From Thermoplasmatota archaeon (GTDB lineage Archaea; Thermoplasmatota; Thermoplasmata; UBA10834), in assembly GCA_040751795.1 (NCBI GenBank), contig JBFMHR010000004.1:160001-224000 (forward strand): DNA of 64,000 nucleotides. Reading direction: 5' to 3'. Below the pieces are notes generated by a model, which saw nothing but the letters and a program-made list of their open reading frames with translations, did not search any database and was not told the origin of the DNA. Both the position numbers and the translations under genes were made by a program. Each line of letters opens with the position of its first letter. Position 1 is the first letter of the stretch. Positions 8,768 through 19,091 of the stretch are shown here, piece after piece.

Positions 8768-10414
8768 TCAGGGGTACCGGTGCCTCAGCACCTCCCCCGC
8801 CCTGGCCTTCGTCTGCCTGCCCTTGTCCACCGCGAGCTCGCCGTTCACCACGACGTAGGGTATGCCCTCGGGGTACCTGTGGGGCCAGTTCTCGTAGGGA
8901 TACCCGTGGGGCCACCTGTTGGTGGCCCTGTCCTTGACCCTCGGCAGGTCTATGATTGCGATGTCGGCCCTCATCCCGGGCCTGAGGAGGCCCCTGTCGA
9001 GCAGCCCGATCTTCTGCGCGGGGAAGCTCGTCATCTTGCGGATGCACTCCTGCAGCGTGAATATCGGCTCGTCCCTCACGTACCTCTGTATTATCCCCGG
9101 GTACTCCCCGAAGGCGCAGGGGATGTACGGCGGCGGGTCTGTCATCGGCCCCTCGGTCGACCACGTCGAGCAGTCGGACGAGACCATCATGAGGGGGTGG
9201 ACCATCAGCGCCGCGATGTCGTCCTCGCTTATGTAGTCGAATATCGCGATGACCTCGTCGTCCTCCTCGACCATGATGTCGAAGTAGGTGTCGAACGGGT
9301 CCTTCCTCCTCGCCAGCGCGACCTGGGCGACGGTCTTCCCCTCGAGCTCCCTGTGCTTCGGGCAGTGCATGAGGAAGATCCTGTCGAAGGCCCCGTGCTT
9401 CAGCAGCCCCGACGGCCCGAAGGCCGGGAGCCGGTCCTCGATTATCTCCGCCCTGATCCTCGCCCTGTTCGCGGGGTCGGACACGTGGGCCATCCTGTCC
9501 TTCTTCTCCATCTCGTGCAGGTACTGCGGGAGGGCCCCGCTGAGGTTGGGGGCGAGGTCGGTGTGCATGTCGTTGTCTATGGTGACGTCGAGGCCGCGCC
9601 TCATGGCGTCCTCCACGAGGCCCAGGGTCTCCCCGGTCCTGCCCCACGCCCCGTACTTGGGGCAGTTGTGGGATATCTGCACCCTGGCGCCGCTCCTCTC
9701 GCCTATGAGTATGGCCTCCTTGATGGCCTCGGCGATGGTCTCCCTCTCGCCCCTGATGTGCGAAGTGTACATGCCCCCGTGCTTGGCGACCACCTTGCAC
9801 AGTTCGACGATCTCGTCGGTCTTCCCGAAGCAGCTCGGGGGGTACACCAGGCCCGTGGACATGCCGAACGCCCCGGAGGTCATGGCCTCCTCCACCAGCC
9901 CCTTCATGTCCCTGAGCTGGGCCTTCGAGGGCTCGCCCCTGTCGGCGCCCATGACGGCGGTCCTGACGGCGCCGTGCCCGACCAGCGCAGCGATGTTGTG
10001 GCCGACCCCGCTCCTCTCGAGGGTGCGCAGGTACTGGCCGAAGGTGCGCCATGCGGGCCTGCTCATCTTCCCGGCCCACTCGCCCCAGTACCTCATCATC
10101 AGCTCGACGTTCGGCTCCCTGAGGGGGGCGACGGACGAGCCGCAGTTGCCTATCAGGTGCGTGGTCACGCCCTGCCTGACCGTGCTGTCGCAGCCCGGGA
10201 AGACGAGTGCCGTGAGGTCGGAGTGGGTGTGTATGTCGATGAAGCCGGGGCAGACGTAGAGCCCCTTCGCCTGGACGGACCTGGCGCAGTCGCCCTTCTC
10301 TATCCTGCCGATCTTGGCGATCCTCTTCCCCGATACGCCTATGTCCGCCCTGTACCAGGGGTTGCCCGCGCCGTCGACCACATGCCCGCCGAGGATGCCC
10401 AAGTCGTACTTCAT
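8768..10414 (-). CDS. N-acyl-D-amino-acid deacylase (D-aminoacylase, amidohydrolase family)
   Basis: VVDGAGNPWYRADIG, PGFIDIHTHSD, GVTT..GNCG, GMSTGLVYPP, SHIRGE, RKMTSFPA, RGLLRPGMRADI. True start MKYDLG at 10414. Confidence 0.92.
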   Translation of the reverse strand: MKYDLGILGGHVVDGAGNPWYRADIGVSGKRIAKIGRIEKGDCARSVQAKGLYVCPGFIDIHTHSDLTALVFPGCDSTVRQGVTTHLIGNCGSSVAPLREPNVELMMRYWGEWAGKMSRPAWRTFGQYLRTLERSGVGHNIAALVGHGAVRTAVMGADRGEPSKAQLRDMKGLVEEAMTSGAFGMSTGLVYPPSCFGKTDEIVELCKVVAKHGGMYTSHIRGERETIAEAIKEAILIGERSGARVQISHNCPKYGAWGRTGETLGLVEDAMRRGLDVTIDNDMHTDLAPNLSGALPQYLHEMEKKDRMAHVSDPANRARIRAEIIEDRLPAFGPSGLLKHGAFDRIFLMHCPKHRELEGKTVAQVALARRKDPFDTYFDIMVEEDDEVIAIFDYISEDDIAALMVHPLMMVSSDCSTWSTEGPMTDPPPYIPCAFGEYPGIIQRYVRDEPIFTLQECIRKMTSFPAQKIGLLDRGLLRPGMRADIAIIDLPRVKDRATNRWPHGYPYENWPHRYPEGIPYVVVNGELAVDKGRQTKARAGEVLRHRYP

Positions 10415-10470
10415 CGGAGTCCCCGTGCCCCGTATGCTGCGGGCCGTATTAGAGCCATTTCCCCGACGCG

Positions 10471-11718
10471 TCAGAACAGGTGGAGGAGCGTCCCCGACCA
10501 TATCTTCGGGAAGAAGTAGGTCGACTTCTGGGGCATCTTCTCCCCGGAGGAGGCGACCTCCATCACCTGGGCGGGGGTCGGGGGCTTGACGAAGAAGCAG
10601 GCCTGGTGCTCCCCCGAGGCCATGGCCGCCAGGGAGGCGTCGGTGCCCTTGACGTACTCTATGCCGACCTTCCCGTCGAGCATCTCCTGGGTGTAGCCGA
10701 GCATGCCCTTGAGCACCCTCTCCTGGAGGACCTGCACCGAGAGCCTCCCGAGCGGGTCGGCGGCCTCCTCCCTGGGGGTCGCGAGGACTGCGAGGCCGCT
10801 GCCCGGCGCCCACGCCCCGACCGCGTCCGGACGGGCCTGGGCGAGCGCGTCCGCGACCCCCTCGGGCCCCTCCTGGTCGGCGAGGTCGAAGGCCTCCCCG
10901 AGCTTGGCCCTGAGCCCGCCGAGGGCGGCGCCGTCCAGGCCGCGCACCAGCCTGTGGGTGGGGTAGATCACGAGGCCGGGGTTCCTGAAGCTGATGAGCG
11001 TGGCCATGATGAAGTCGTAGGGCATCTCCCCGTCGGGGCGCTCCTCCGCCCTCCTCGTGTCCCTGTACCTGAGGGCGGTCTCGTACCTGTGGTGGCCGTC
11101 CGCGATGAGCAGCCTGAGGGGCGCCAGCAGGGAGGAGATCCTCTCGACGTGCGCCCTCTCGCCGACCTTGAGGATCCTGTGATGAACCCCCTCCGGGTCG
11201 ACGAACCTGAGCTCCTCCCCGCGCTTCCTTAGCTCGAGGATGAGCCTCTCCAGATCGCCCGAGGGGTCGTCGTAGAGCATGAAGACCTGCTCGGCCTGGC
11301 CCCTGACGGCCTGCATGAGGGCGAGCCGGTCCGCCTTGTGCTTGGGGATGGTCCTCTCGTGCGGGAGCACCACCCCCTTCGAGAAGTCCTCGAGCCTGAC
11401 GAGGCCTATGATCCCTGTGCGCACCACGGGCGCCCCGTCCGGTGACTCGAACGTCTGCTCGTACAGGTAGAACGCGTCGTCCCCGTCGGCGACGAGGACC
11501 CCGTCGTCGAGCCAGGTGCGGAGGCGCTTCGCCGCCGTCGCGTAGGAGTCGCCCTCGTCCCCGAGCGTCACGTGGGTGATGTTCAGCCGGTCCTCCTTCA
11601 GGGCCTTCTCCGCGGGGCCGTCTATGACGTCGTAGGGCGGGGCCACGAACCTGGTGACGTCCTGGCCGAACCTGGACGTGTTGTAGCGGACGGCCTTGAA
11701 CGGGACGACCTTGGCCAA
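10471..11718 (-). CDS. DUF1015 family protein
   Basis: (M)AKVVPFKAVRYN, APPYDVI, VLPHERT, IADGHHRYETAL, PTHR, MPQKSTYFFPK. TTG start inferred. Confidence 0.9.
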   Translation of the reverse strand: MAKVVPFKAVRYNTSRFGQDVTRFVAPPYDVIDGPAEKALKEDRLNITHVTLGDEGDSYATAAKRLRTWLDDGVLVADGDDAFYLYEQTFESPDGAPVVRTGIIGLVRLEDFSKGVVLPHERTIPKHKADRLALMQAVRGQAEQVFMLYDDPSGDLERLILELRKRGEELRFVDPEGVHHRILKVGERAHVERISSLLAPLRLLIADGHHRYETALRYRDTRRAEERPDGEMPYDFIMATLISFRNPGLVIYPTHRLVRGLDGAALGGLRAKLGEAFDLADQEGPEGVADALAQARPDAVGAWAPGSGLAVLATPREEAADPLGRLSVQVLQERVLKGMLGYTQEMLDGKVGIEYVKGTDASLAAMASGEHQACFFVKPPTPAQVMEVASSGEKMPQKSTYFFPKIWSGTLLHLF

Positions 11719-11783
11719 CGAGGCAGCTCTCCTGGAGGGCCTTGATGCGGCCCGCGCATCAAAAAGGTTGGCCTCTTCCAGGC

Positions 11784-12272
11784 TCAGCCTTCCAGTATGG
11801 GAACATAGCCGAACCACGAGCCGTCGTTCTCGAGGTAGTGGAGGTTCTCCTGGAGGAGGCGGAGGTGCTCGCGCTCCATCCTCTCGAGCCTCCCGAAGAC
11901 CTCCTTCACCCCCGGCCCCGCGGCCGAGGCGTTCTCGGAGTAGTACTCTATGGAGCGCTCCTCGGTCCTGATCCCCAGCTTGATGGCGGATATGGAGTCC
12001 TTCACGGTCAGCTTCTTCTTCCTGCCTCCCTCGGGGAAGATCTTCGCCAGGCCTTTCTCGAGGTCCTTCTTCGCAGGGGCCTCAGCCTTGCCGCCGAGGG
12101 CCTGGAGCTGCCTGGTGAGTATAGCCGCGTGCTCCTCCTCGTCCGAGGCGAGGCTTGCCATTAGGGCCTTGGCCTCCTTGTCGGCCACGAGCTCCTTGAA
12201 CCTGAGGTAGTACTCCGCCCCGAACTTCTCGAACTCCACAGCTGCCGAGATAACCTTCCTCGCGTCGGCCAT
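11784..12272 (-). CDS. Ferritin-like / rubrerythrin-family di-iron protein
   Basis: Duplicated E..(x)n..ExxH pattern: EFEKFGAEYY...DEEEH and TEERSIEYY...MEREH. Confidence 0.85.
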   Translation of the reverse strand: MADARKVISAAVEFEKFGAEYYLRFKELVADKEAKALMASLASDEEEHAAILTRQLQALGGKAEAPAKKDLEKGLAKIFPEGGRKKKLTVKDSISAIKLGIRTEERSIEYYSENASAAGPGVKEVFGRLERMEREHLRLLQENLHYLENDGSWFGYVPILEG

Positions 12273-12484
12273 CCGAATCCTCCGACTCGGAGTCGGTCGG
12301 TCGATAGATAACGGTTGCGCCGTATCCGGCCCGGGCGGAGGCCAGTCGGCCGCGGGGCCCCGCCTCCCCCTGGGCGGCCCTGAATAGCGTTTTAATAGCG
12401 GCGAAGTCTATGCCTGCCGGGGAGCGCCGGGCGAGGGAATTGGCACGGAGCAGGCGCCGGTCCGGTCCCCGAGTGGTATGTCGC

Positions 12485-14941
12485 TTGTCGGGCTCGAAAC
12501 CGGCCTCATCGTCGCGTGAGGACCCGCAGGGGTCCATCGGCAGGGACGTCGTGTCGCGGATACACAAGGTGCTGGAGGCCGTGATGAGCAACAAGCCCAT
12601 CGAGGACGTCGTGAGGGCGACGGTGTCCACGATGCAGGCCGCCTTCGGGCTCCGCGGCCTCAGGTTCGTCGCCCACACCCAGGAGCTGGGCGCCGTCCAG
12701 GCGGCGGTGGAGAGGGATGGCCAGCGGGCGCCCGAACCGCCGCACCTGCGGGAGGGCGACCGCGTGTCGCCCAACGGCTACTTCACCCGCGCCGAGGACA
12801 TGCTCAGGTCCTTCGGGGGCGAGGCCTCGGACCCCGTGGCCCTCTGGCGCGAGGACGACTCACTCAGGTTCGTGATAAGGGGCCGCTCGGGCGAGGCCGT
12901 CGCATGCATCCACGCGTCGGGCACGCAGTCCGGGAGGCTGCCGTCGATGGCCGACGTCGAGTGCGCGGACCTCCTGACCCAGCTGATAGGGCTCGCTCTC
13001 CACAAGGAGCAGGAGCGCGCGGAGAGGGAGAGCAAGTCGTCGAGCATCGTCAGGAGGAGCGACCTGCTCGAGGACATCCTCAGGATCGCGTCGTCGGTCG
13101 TCTCGGAGAGGGACCTGGGGAAGGTCTCGGAGATGGTGCTGTCGTCGGTGTCGTCGCTCTTCGGCTTCGAGAGGGTCACCCTCGTGACCTACGACGAGGG
13201 GGCCGCCGCGTTCAAGTGGACGGCGCTGTTCGGCTACCCCGAGGACGCCGCCAGGAAGACCCGGCTCAGGACCATCCCGACGGAGGTCGTCCTCGAGGAC
13301 CTCAGGGAGAGCCGCAGGATCGCCAAGACGGTCTACTTCACGCCGGTCGAGGACCTGCCCAGGCGGAACATAGAGTACTTCGTCAACCCGGCCGAGTACG
13401 AGCGCGCCCCCGAGGACCCGCGCCCGAGGTCGCAGGGGGAGTTCAGGGAGGGCGACACCCTCGCCTTCGCCCTCCACGACTCCACGGGGAGGGTGGTCGG
13501 CGTCATATACACCTCGAAGCCGAAGGACGGGAAGGTCCCGGACAGGGAGACCCTCGACATGGTGGAGGTCTTCACCTACCTCGCCGAGGTGGCCATAGAG
13601 AACGCCAGGCTGGCTCACGACAGGGAGCAGGCCCTCAGGCTCAGCAGCCTGCGCATGGAGCAGATGTCCAGGATATTCGAGATCACATCGAACGTGCTCT
13701 ACCTGCGCGACATGGACGAGCTACTGCACGACGTCCTCAAGACCCTCGCGCAGCTCCTCGGCATAAGGAGGATGGTCCTCGGCCTGAGGTCCGAGGACGG
13801 CTCCGTGTTCAACGTCAGGGCCGTGTACGGCTTCACCGACGAGCGCGCCGCGGAGATAAGGAGGTACAGCTACCCGTACGAGAGCGTCGACCAGATCATC
13901 AACCCGGAGAAGTACAAGACCTCGAGCAGGCCGGTGAAGTGGAGCAAGAAGGTCGGCAGCATGACCTACTACATGCCCGCCGAGAGCCTGAAGCTCGAGA
14001 CCTGGGAGATGGTGTACTACCCCGACCCGGAGCTCCTGAGGCTCCCGAGGAGGACCAAGGAGCACTGGCACGAGATCGACTACATGGACACCTACATCAG
14101 GGACAGCGAGGGCTCCGTCGTCGCGTACATCGAGATACTGAAGCCCAGGGACGACCGCATCCCCGACCAGGAGACCATAGAGGTCATAGAGATCTTCGCG
14201 AGCCTCGTGGGGATAGCCCTCGAGAACTCGCGCATGGTCCAGGGGCACATAGAGAGCAGGAGGAACGCGGAGTTCTACACGGACCTCCTCTCTCACGACA
14301 TCAAGAACTTCAACCAGGCGATCATGGGCTACCTCGACCTCATCAAGGCCGGCCTCACCCGGCCGGACCAGGTCACCTACATCGAGAAGGTGAACGAGCA
14401 GGTCATGAACATCAACAGGCTCGCCGCGGACGTGAGGACCATGTCCAGGCTGACCTGGGGCGGGTCGAAGCTGGTGCAGGTCGACCTCGGGAGGACGCTC
14501 CTGGACGCCATGGCCGGGGTGCAGCAGTACTACCTCTCGCGCAACATCGCCTTCCACCACGCTGTCGAGGTCGGGCACCACCACGTGATGGCCGACGAGC
14601 TGGTCAGGGAGCTCTTCGTCAACATACTCACCAACGCGGTCAAGTACGACCCGGGCAACCCCGTGGAGGTCGACGTCTCCATGGAGAGGGTCGAGGGGAA
14701 GATCGGGCACAGGCTCCTCGTCTCCATCGCCGACCACGGCAGGGGGGTCCCGGACGACCTCAAGGAGGAGATCTTCGAGAGGTTCAACAAGGCCCCCAAG
14801 AAGAAGGGGACGGGCCTCGGCCTGCACATCGTCAGGACGCTGGCCAACAGGTACCACGGGAGGGCATGGGTCGAGGACAGGGTCCCGGGGGACCACTCCA
14901 AGGGCGCCGTGTTCAAGGTCGAGCTGCCCTCGGTCGACTGA
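12485..14941 (+). CDS. Cytoplasmic GAF-domain sensor histidine kinase
   Basis: Three GAF-like repeats (two ending AIENARL and ALENSRM). H-box LSHDIKN, N-box NILTNAVKY, DHGRGV, GTGLGL. No TM segment. TTG start inferred from an upstream GAGTGG; ATG 12410 is an alternative. Confidence 0.9.
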   Translation: MSGSKPASSSREDPQGSIGRDVVSRIHKVLEAVMSNKPIEDVVRATVSTMQAAFGLRGLRFVAHTQELGAVQAAVERDGQRAPEPPHLREGDRVSPNGYFTRAEDMLRSFGGEASDPVALWREDDSLRFVIRGRSGEAVACIHASGTQSGRLPSMADVECADLLTQLIGLALHKEQERAERESKSSSIVRRSDLLEDILRIASSVVSERDLGKVSEMVLSSVSSLFGFERVTLVTYDEGAAAFKWTALFGYPEDAARKTRLRTIPTEVVLEDLRESRRIAKTVYFTPVEDLPRRNIEYFVNPAEYERAPEDPRPRSQGEFREGDTLAFALHDSTGRVVGVIYTSKPKDGKVPDRETLDMVEVFTYLAEVAIENARLAHDREQALRLSSLRMEQMSRIFEITSNVLYLRDMDELLHDVLKTLAQLLGIRRMVLGLRSEDGSVFNVRAVYGFTDERAAEIRRYSYPYESVDQIINPEKYKTSSRPVKWSKKVGSMTYYMPAESLKLETWEMVYYPDPELLRLPRRTKEHWHEIDYMDTYIRDSEGSVVAYIEILKPRDDRIPDQETIEVIEIFASLVGIALENSRMVQGHIESRRNAEFYTDLLSHDIKNFNQAIMGYLDLIKAGLTRPDQVTYIEKVNEQVMNINRLAADVRTMSRLTWGGSKLVQVDLGRTLLDAMAGVQQYYLSRNIAFHHAVEVGHHHVMADELVRELFVNILTNAVKYDPGNPVEVDVSMERVEGKIGHRLLVSIADHGRGVPDDLKEEIFERFNKAPKKKGTGLGLHIVRTLANRYHGRAWVEDRVPGDHSKGAVFKVELPSVD

Positions 14942-14944
14942 GGC

Positions 14945-15868
14945 TCACAGGTAGGCGTGCCCCTCCATCATGCGCACGACCGACCCGCCGACCATCACCT
15001 GCTCTATCCGGTCCCCGTCGCTGACGACCTCGATGTCGATCCGGCTCGGCCTGCCGATCTCGTACCCCTGCTCGTTGACCACCTTGACCGACCTCCTCCG
15101 TGGGACGAGGCCGTGGTGCACCAGGTACGCGCCGAGGCACCCGCTCGCGCTCCCCGTGGCAGGGTCCTCCACGACGTTCCTCGCCACCAGCGAGAAGCCG
15201 CGCGAGTGGGTCGTCGACCCCCTCTTCAGCGGCTCGAGGCAGGTCACGTATATGTCGACCACGTTCCTCGGCAGCCCGCTCACGGCCTCCGCAAAGGCGG
15301 TGGCGTTGCCCGCGGCCCTCTCCACCGCCGCCTTGCTCCTGACGGGGGCGATGAGCCAGGGCAGGCCCGTGGACACGAGCCTGACGGGCATCCGCTCGGG
15401 GTCGAAGTCGGCCTCGTCGAGGGACAGGGCCCTCGCGACCACCCCGATGTCCTTCAGGGGCGGCCCGAACTCGGGCCTGTTCTGGTGGGTGACGACCCTC
15501 GTCACCTTCCCCTTCGTCGAGTGGATGTCCACGGGCATGACCCCGGCGATGGCCTCCATCCAGGCCCTCGTCACGGGTCCCTCGAGCTCGATCCTGCCCT
15601 CCTCCGCCAGGACGTAGAAGGTCCCGATCGTGGGGTGCCCGGCGTAGGGTATCTCGTTGTCCGGGACGAATATCCTGACCCTGAAGTCCGCCTTCGAGCC
15701 CCTGCTGGGCCTGACGACGAAGGTGGTCTCCGAGAGGTTCATCTCCTTGGCCAGCAGCTGCATCTGCCCCTTCGTCAGGGAGTCGGCCTCCGGGAACACA
15801 GCGAGGGGGTTCCCGCAGAAGGGCCGCTCCGAGAAGACGTCGACCCTGACGTACCTTGCCTTCTTCAT
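14945..15868 (-). CDS. PhzF family isomerase/epimerase
   Basis: VDVF...GNPLAVF, EMNLSETTFV, EIPYAGHPTIG, EDPATGSA, EQGYEIGRPS. Confidence 0.93.
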   Translation of the reverse strand: MKKARYVRVDVFSERPFCGNPLAVFPEADSLTKGQMQLLAKEMNLSETTFVVRPSRGSKADFRVRIFVPDNEIPYAGHPTIGTFYVLAEEGRIELEGPVTRAWMEAIAGVMPVDIHSTKGKVTRVVTHQNRPEFGPPLKDIGVVARALSLDEADFDPERMPVRLVSTGLPWLIAPVRSKAAVERAAGNATAFAEAVSGLPRNVVDIYVTCLEPLKRGSTTHSRGFSLVARNVVEDPATGSASGCLGAYLVHHGLVPRRRSVKVVNEQGYEIGRPSRIDIEVVSDGDRIEQVMVGGSVVRMMEGHAYL

Positions 15869-15887
15869 GGGGATCGCTGACCGTAAC

Positions 15888-16532
15888 TCATTCCCTGCAC
15901 TTAACCAGAGTGCAGAGGTGCCCGCGCGCCCTCCCCTTCCCGAGGTCGAAGGCCCTGAGGTTCACGTCGACGGCCTTCCTCGGCACGTTCTCGGCGACCG
16001 ACGCCCGCAGGGCGTCCTCCGGGACGGGGAACGCCCCGACGGTGCCGAGCGCCCCGAGCATCACGATGTTCTCGGCCATGGGGCTACCCGCCTCCCTCGC
16101 GAGGGCCAGGGCATCCAGCACGGACACCTTGTCCGTGACCTGCAGTAGCCTCGACCTGACCTCCTCGGCGGAGAAGTACCTCGCCTGCTTGTCCCTCATG
16201 TGCCCCGCGGTCTCCGAGACAGGGTGCTGGACCCTGGAGTTCATCAGGACTATGCCGCCCGGCCTGAGGTACTCCACGTACCTCAGAGCCTCGAGAGCCT
16301 CCAGCGCGAGGATCGCGTCCGCCCCCCCGATCGGGATCAGCGGGGACCTCACCCGCTCCCCTATCCTCATGTGCACGTTTATCGAGCCGCTCCTCTGGGA
16401 CAGGCCGTGCTGCTCCCCGGTGATGGCCCTGACCCCCGCGCGCGCGCAGGCGGCGCCTATTATGTTCGAGAGCAGGACCAGCCCCTGCCCTCCCACGCCG
16501 GACATGTACACGCTGAACTCCCCGTCGGCCAT
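15888..16532 (-). CDS. iorB: Indolepyruvate:ferredoxin oxidoreductase beta subunit
   Basis: GVGGQG, EQHGLSQRSGS, ALEALEALR, NIVMLGAL. Start MADGEF directly follows iorA. Confidence 0.93.
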   Translation of the reverse strand: MADGEFSVYMSGVGGQGLVLLSNIIGAACARAGVRAITGEQHGLSQRSGSINVHMRIGERVRSPLIPIGGADAILALEALEALRYVEYLRPGGIVLMNSRVQHPVSETAGHMRDKQARYFSAEEVRSRLLQVTDKVSVLDALALAREAGSPMAENIVMLGALGTVGAFPVPEDALRASVAENVPRKAVDVNLRAFDLGKGRARGHLCTLVKCRE

Positions 16533-16534
16533 GC

Positions 16535-18424
16535 TCAGCCCCCCTCCCTGCGCCTGATGGACCCGAACGGGCACAGCTTCGCGCACACATCGCACCTGTC
16601 GCACAGCTCCTGCGAGATGACGGTCTTGCGGTCGCCGTCGTCGATGGATATCGCGGGGCAGTGGAAGTCGCGGACGCAGGTGTAGGGCCTCCTGCAGGCC
16701 TCCTTGCTGACCTCGTTCGACTCGATCCTCTCGCCGCGCCTCCTCTTCAGCCTGTCGGAGTGGAGGGCGCACGCCCTCCTCATGATCACGACGTTCGGCC
16801 CCTTCCTCGACAGCGCCTCCTTGAGCTTCGATGCGGCGCCCTTGACGTCGTACGGGTCCGCGATGGTGAGGTCCTCGACCCCGAATCCCCTGACGACGTC
16901 CTCGAGCACGAGCGGCTTGGCCGGCCTGTCGCCGGCGTCCACCGAGGAGCCGGGGTTGGGCTGCTGGCCGGTCATGGCCGTGACCTCGTTGTCGAGTATC
17001 AGGAGGGTGAAGTCGTCCCCGTGGTGCACCGCGTTGACCAGCCCCGGGAGGCCCGCGTGGTAGAAGGTCGAGTCGCCGATTATGGCGACGACCTTCCTGT
17101 CGACCGCGTACTGGAGGCCTGCCGCCACCCCGAGGGACGCCCCCATGCACAGGAGGGTGTCGCCGTAGTTGACCGGGTCCAGGAAGCTCATGGAGTAGCA
17201 CCCAATGTCCGTGGCGACGACGTGCTTGACCCCCTTGAGAGCCTGCCTCAGGGCGTGCAGGGACGCCCTGTGCGGGCAGCCGGGGCAGAACGTGGGCCAC
17301 CTCTCGGCGAGCCCCTGCTTCAGCTCCTTGGCCTTCGCCATGACGGCCGCGTGGTCCACGGGGGGCGCCACGCCGAGGGCCCTCGCGATGCCGTCGACGA
17401 CCATGTCGGGGCTGTACTCGAACGCCTCGCTGAAGTGCCCGGAGGACTTCCCGACCACGCGGACCGACGGGTTCGCGTCCTTGGCGATGGCCGTGACGTG
17501 GAGCTCCAGGTAGGGAGACAGCTCCTCGACCACGATCACCGTCCTGAGGTCCTTCAGGAACCGCGCGATGAGCTTCCTGGGGAGCGGGTAGGTGGTGCCC
17601 AGCTTCAGGACGGACGGCTCGATGCCGAGCTCCCTGCACGCGTCGACCGCGTAGTTGTACCCGGCCCCGCTGGTGACCACGCCCGTGTCGGAGCCGGTGC
17701 CGCTGAGGGCGTTCAGGTCGGAGCCCTCGAACTCCCCCTCCAGCCTCCTGGCCCTCTCCAGCATGGCGAGCTTGAAGTTGCGGGCGGACTCCGCGACGGT
17801 GACGAACCTCCCGGGCGGGTGGTCCCACGGGACCTTGGCGAAGGGCCTCCTGGAGACCGGCCCCATCTCGACGACCCCGCTCTGGTGGTTCACCCTCGTA
17901 GTGGTCCTGAGGAGGACGGGCACGCCGTGCCTCTCGGAGATGTCGAAGGCGGCCTTGACCATCCTCATCGCCTCCGTAGGGTCCGAGGGCTCGAGCATCG
18001 GGACGTACGCGGTCGGCCCGAAGTACCTCCCGTCCTGCTCGCTCTGGGAGGAGTGGGCCTGCGGGTCGTCCGCGACGGCGATGACCAGCCCCCCCTTCAC
18101 GCCGGTGTAGGCGAGCGAGTAGAACGCGTCGGAGGCGACGTTCAGGCCGACGCTCTTCATGCTGGTGATGCTCCTCAGCCCGGCCATCGACGCGCCCGCG
18201 CAGGTCTCGAGGGCGACCTTCTCGTTGGCGGAGATCTCCATCCTGTAGTCGAAGGAGGGCGCGATGGCGGAGAAGGTGTCGAGGATCTCGGTCGTGGGGG
18301 AGCCAGGATACGCGGACACGACCTTGACGTCCGCCTCGATCGCTCCCCTGACTATGGCCTCGTTGCACAGCATGAAGGCCCTGGCGGGCCCATCCCTGAC
18401 GACATCGGACGCTACCACGCTCAC
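16535..18424 (-). CDS. iorA: Indolepyruvate:ferredoxin oxidoreductase alpha subunit
   Basis: NEAIVRGA, AYPGSPTTEI, NEKVALE, MKSVGLNVASD, FCPGCPHR, DIGCY, TPP motif GDSTFYHAG...LDN, C-terminal ferredoxin Cys. GTG start approximate. Confidence 0.95.
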   Translation of the reverse strand: MSVVASDVVRDGPARAFMLCNEAIVRGAIEADVKVVSAYPGSPTTEILDTFSAIAPSFDYRMEISANEKVALETCAGASMAGLRSITSMKSVGLNVASDAFYSLAYTGVKGGLVIAVADDPQAHSSQSEQDGRYFGPTAYVPMLEPSDPTEAMRMVKAAFDISERHGVPVLLRTTTRVNHQSGVVEMGPVSRRPFAKVPWDHPPGRFVTVAESARNFKLAMLERARRLEGEFEGSDLNALSGTGSDTGVVTSGAGYNYAVDACRELGIEPSVLKLGTTYPLPRKLIARFLKDLRTVIVVEELSPYLELHVTAIAKDANPSVRVVGKSSGHFSEAFEYSPDMVVDGIARALGVAPPVDHAAVMAKAKELKQGLAERWPTFCPGCPHRASLHALRQALKGVKHVVATDIGCYSMSFLDPVNYGDTLLCMGASLGVAAGLQYAVDRKVVAIIGDSTFYHAGLPGLVNAVHHGDDFTLLILDNEVTAMTGQQPNPGSSVDAGDRPAKPLVLEDVVRGFGVEDLTIADPYDVKGAASKLKEALSRKGPNVVIMRRACALHSDRLKRRRGERIESNEVSKEACRRPYTCVRDFHCPAISIDDGDRKTVISQELCDRCDVCAKLCPFGSIRRREGG

Positions 18425-18527
18425 CACTTCCTTCCCGGGGCTTGAACGGTCCCCGGGTTGATTGCGTTTGCGGTGATGGGGGTGCGTGGGCGCCCCTTTT
18501 CCCCGAACCACTCAGGTGGGGGCGGCG

Positions 18528-19091
18528 TCACAGCTTCGGCTTGACCCTCGTGTCCATTACCTCTTGGATCTTGCTCCGGACCTTCAGAGGGTCGGGGACC
18601 GCCTCCCACTTTATGGTGCCGGTCCGTCCCTGCATGCTCTGGGTCGCGAAGTTGATCGTCCCGTACCCGAGCATGCGCTTGCCGATCGACTGGGAGACGT
18701 TCATGTTGGTGACCATCCCCAGGGGGATGTCCTCGTAGCTCTTGTTGAGGATCCCCTTCTGCGTGATGATCCTCTCGTCGGTGACGGCGTAGACCGTGCT
18801 GCCCCACCTGAACCACTTGACGATGAAGTACAGGAGGCACAGGACGAAGATGCCCAGGGCGACCCACTCGATGTACTGCCCGTACTCGCCGTCCAGGTAC
18901 TCCTGTATGTAGGGCAGGTCGGGCGCGTCGGGGATGTACCTCCAGAGGTACACGAGCAGCGCGAGGAGCCCGATGACGATCGCCACGGACGCGGATATCA
19001 TGTAGATGATCGCGCTCGGGCGCGACTCGTACACCATGCGCTCGTCGCTGGAGAGCATGCTCCTTGTGATGTGCTTGGCCTTCTTCGCCAT
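18528..19091 (-). CDS. Membrane protein with a bacterial PH (bPH_2-like) domain
   Basis: Two TM helices, then YAVTDERIITQKGIL...QSIGKRMLGYGTI...VPDP. Confidence 0.8.
   Translation of the reverse strand: MAKKAKHITRSMLSSDERMVYESRPSAIIYMISASVAIVIGLLALLVYLWRYIPDAPDLPYIQEYLDGEYGQYIEWVALGIFVLCLLYFIVKWFRWGSTVYAVTDERIITQKGILNKSYEDIPLGMVTNMNVSQSIGKRMLGYGTINFATQSMQGRTGTIKWEAVPDPLKVRSKIQEVMDTRVKPKL

Noticed and set aside
14945-15868. Phenazine biosynthesis cluster
   Set aside because: A lone PhzF-family gene with no other phz genes; the family is widespread with other functions.
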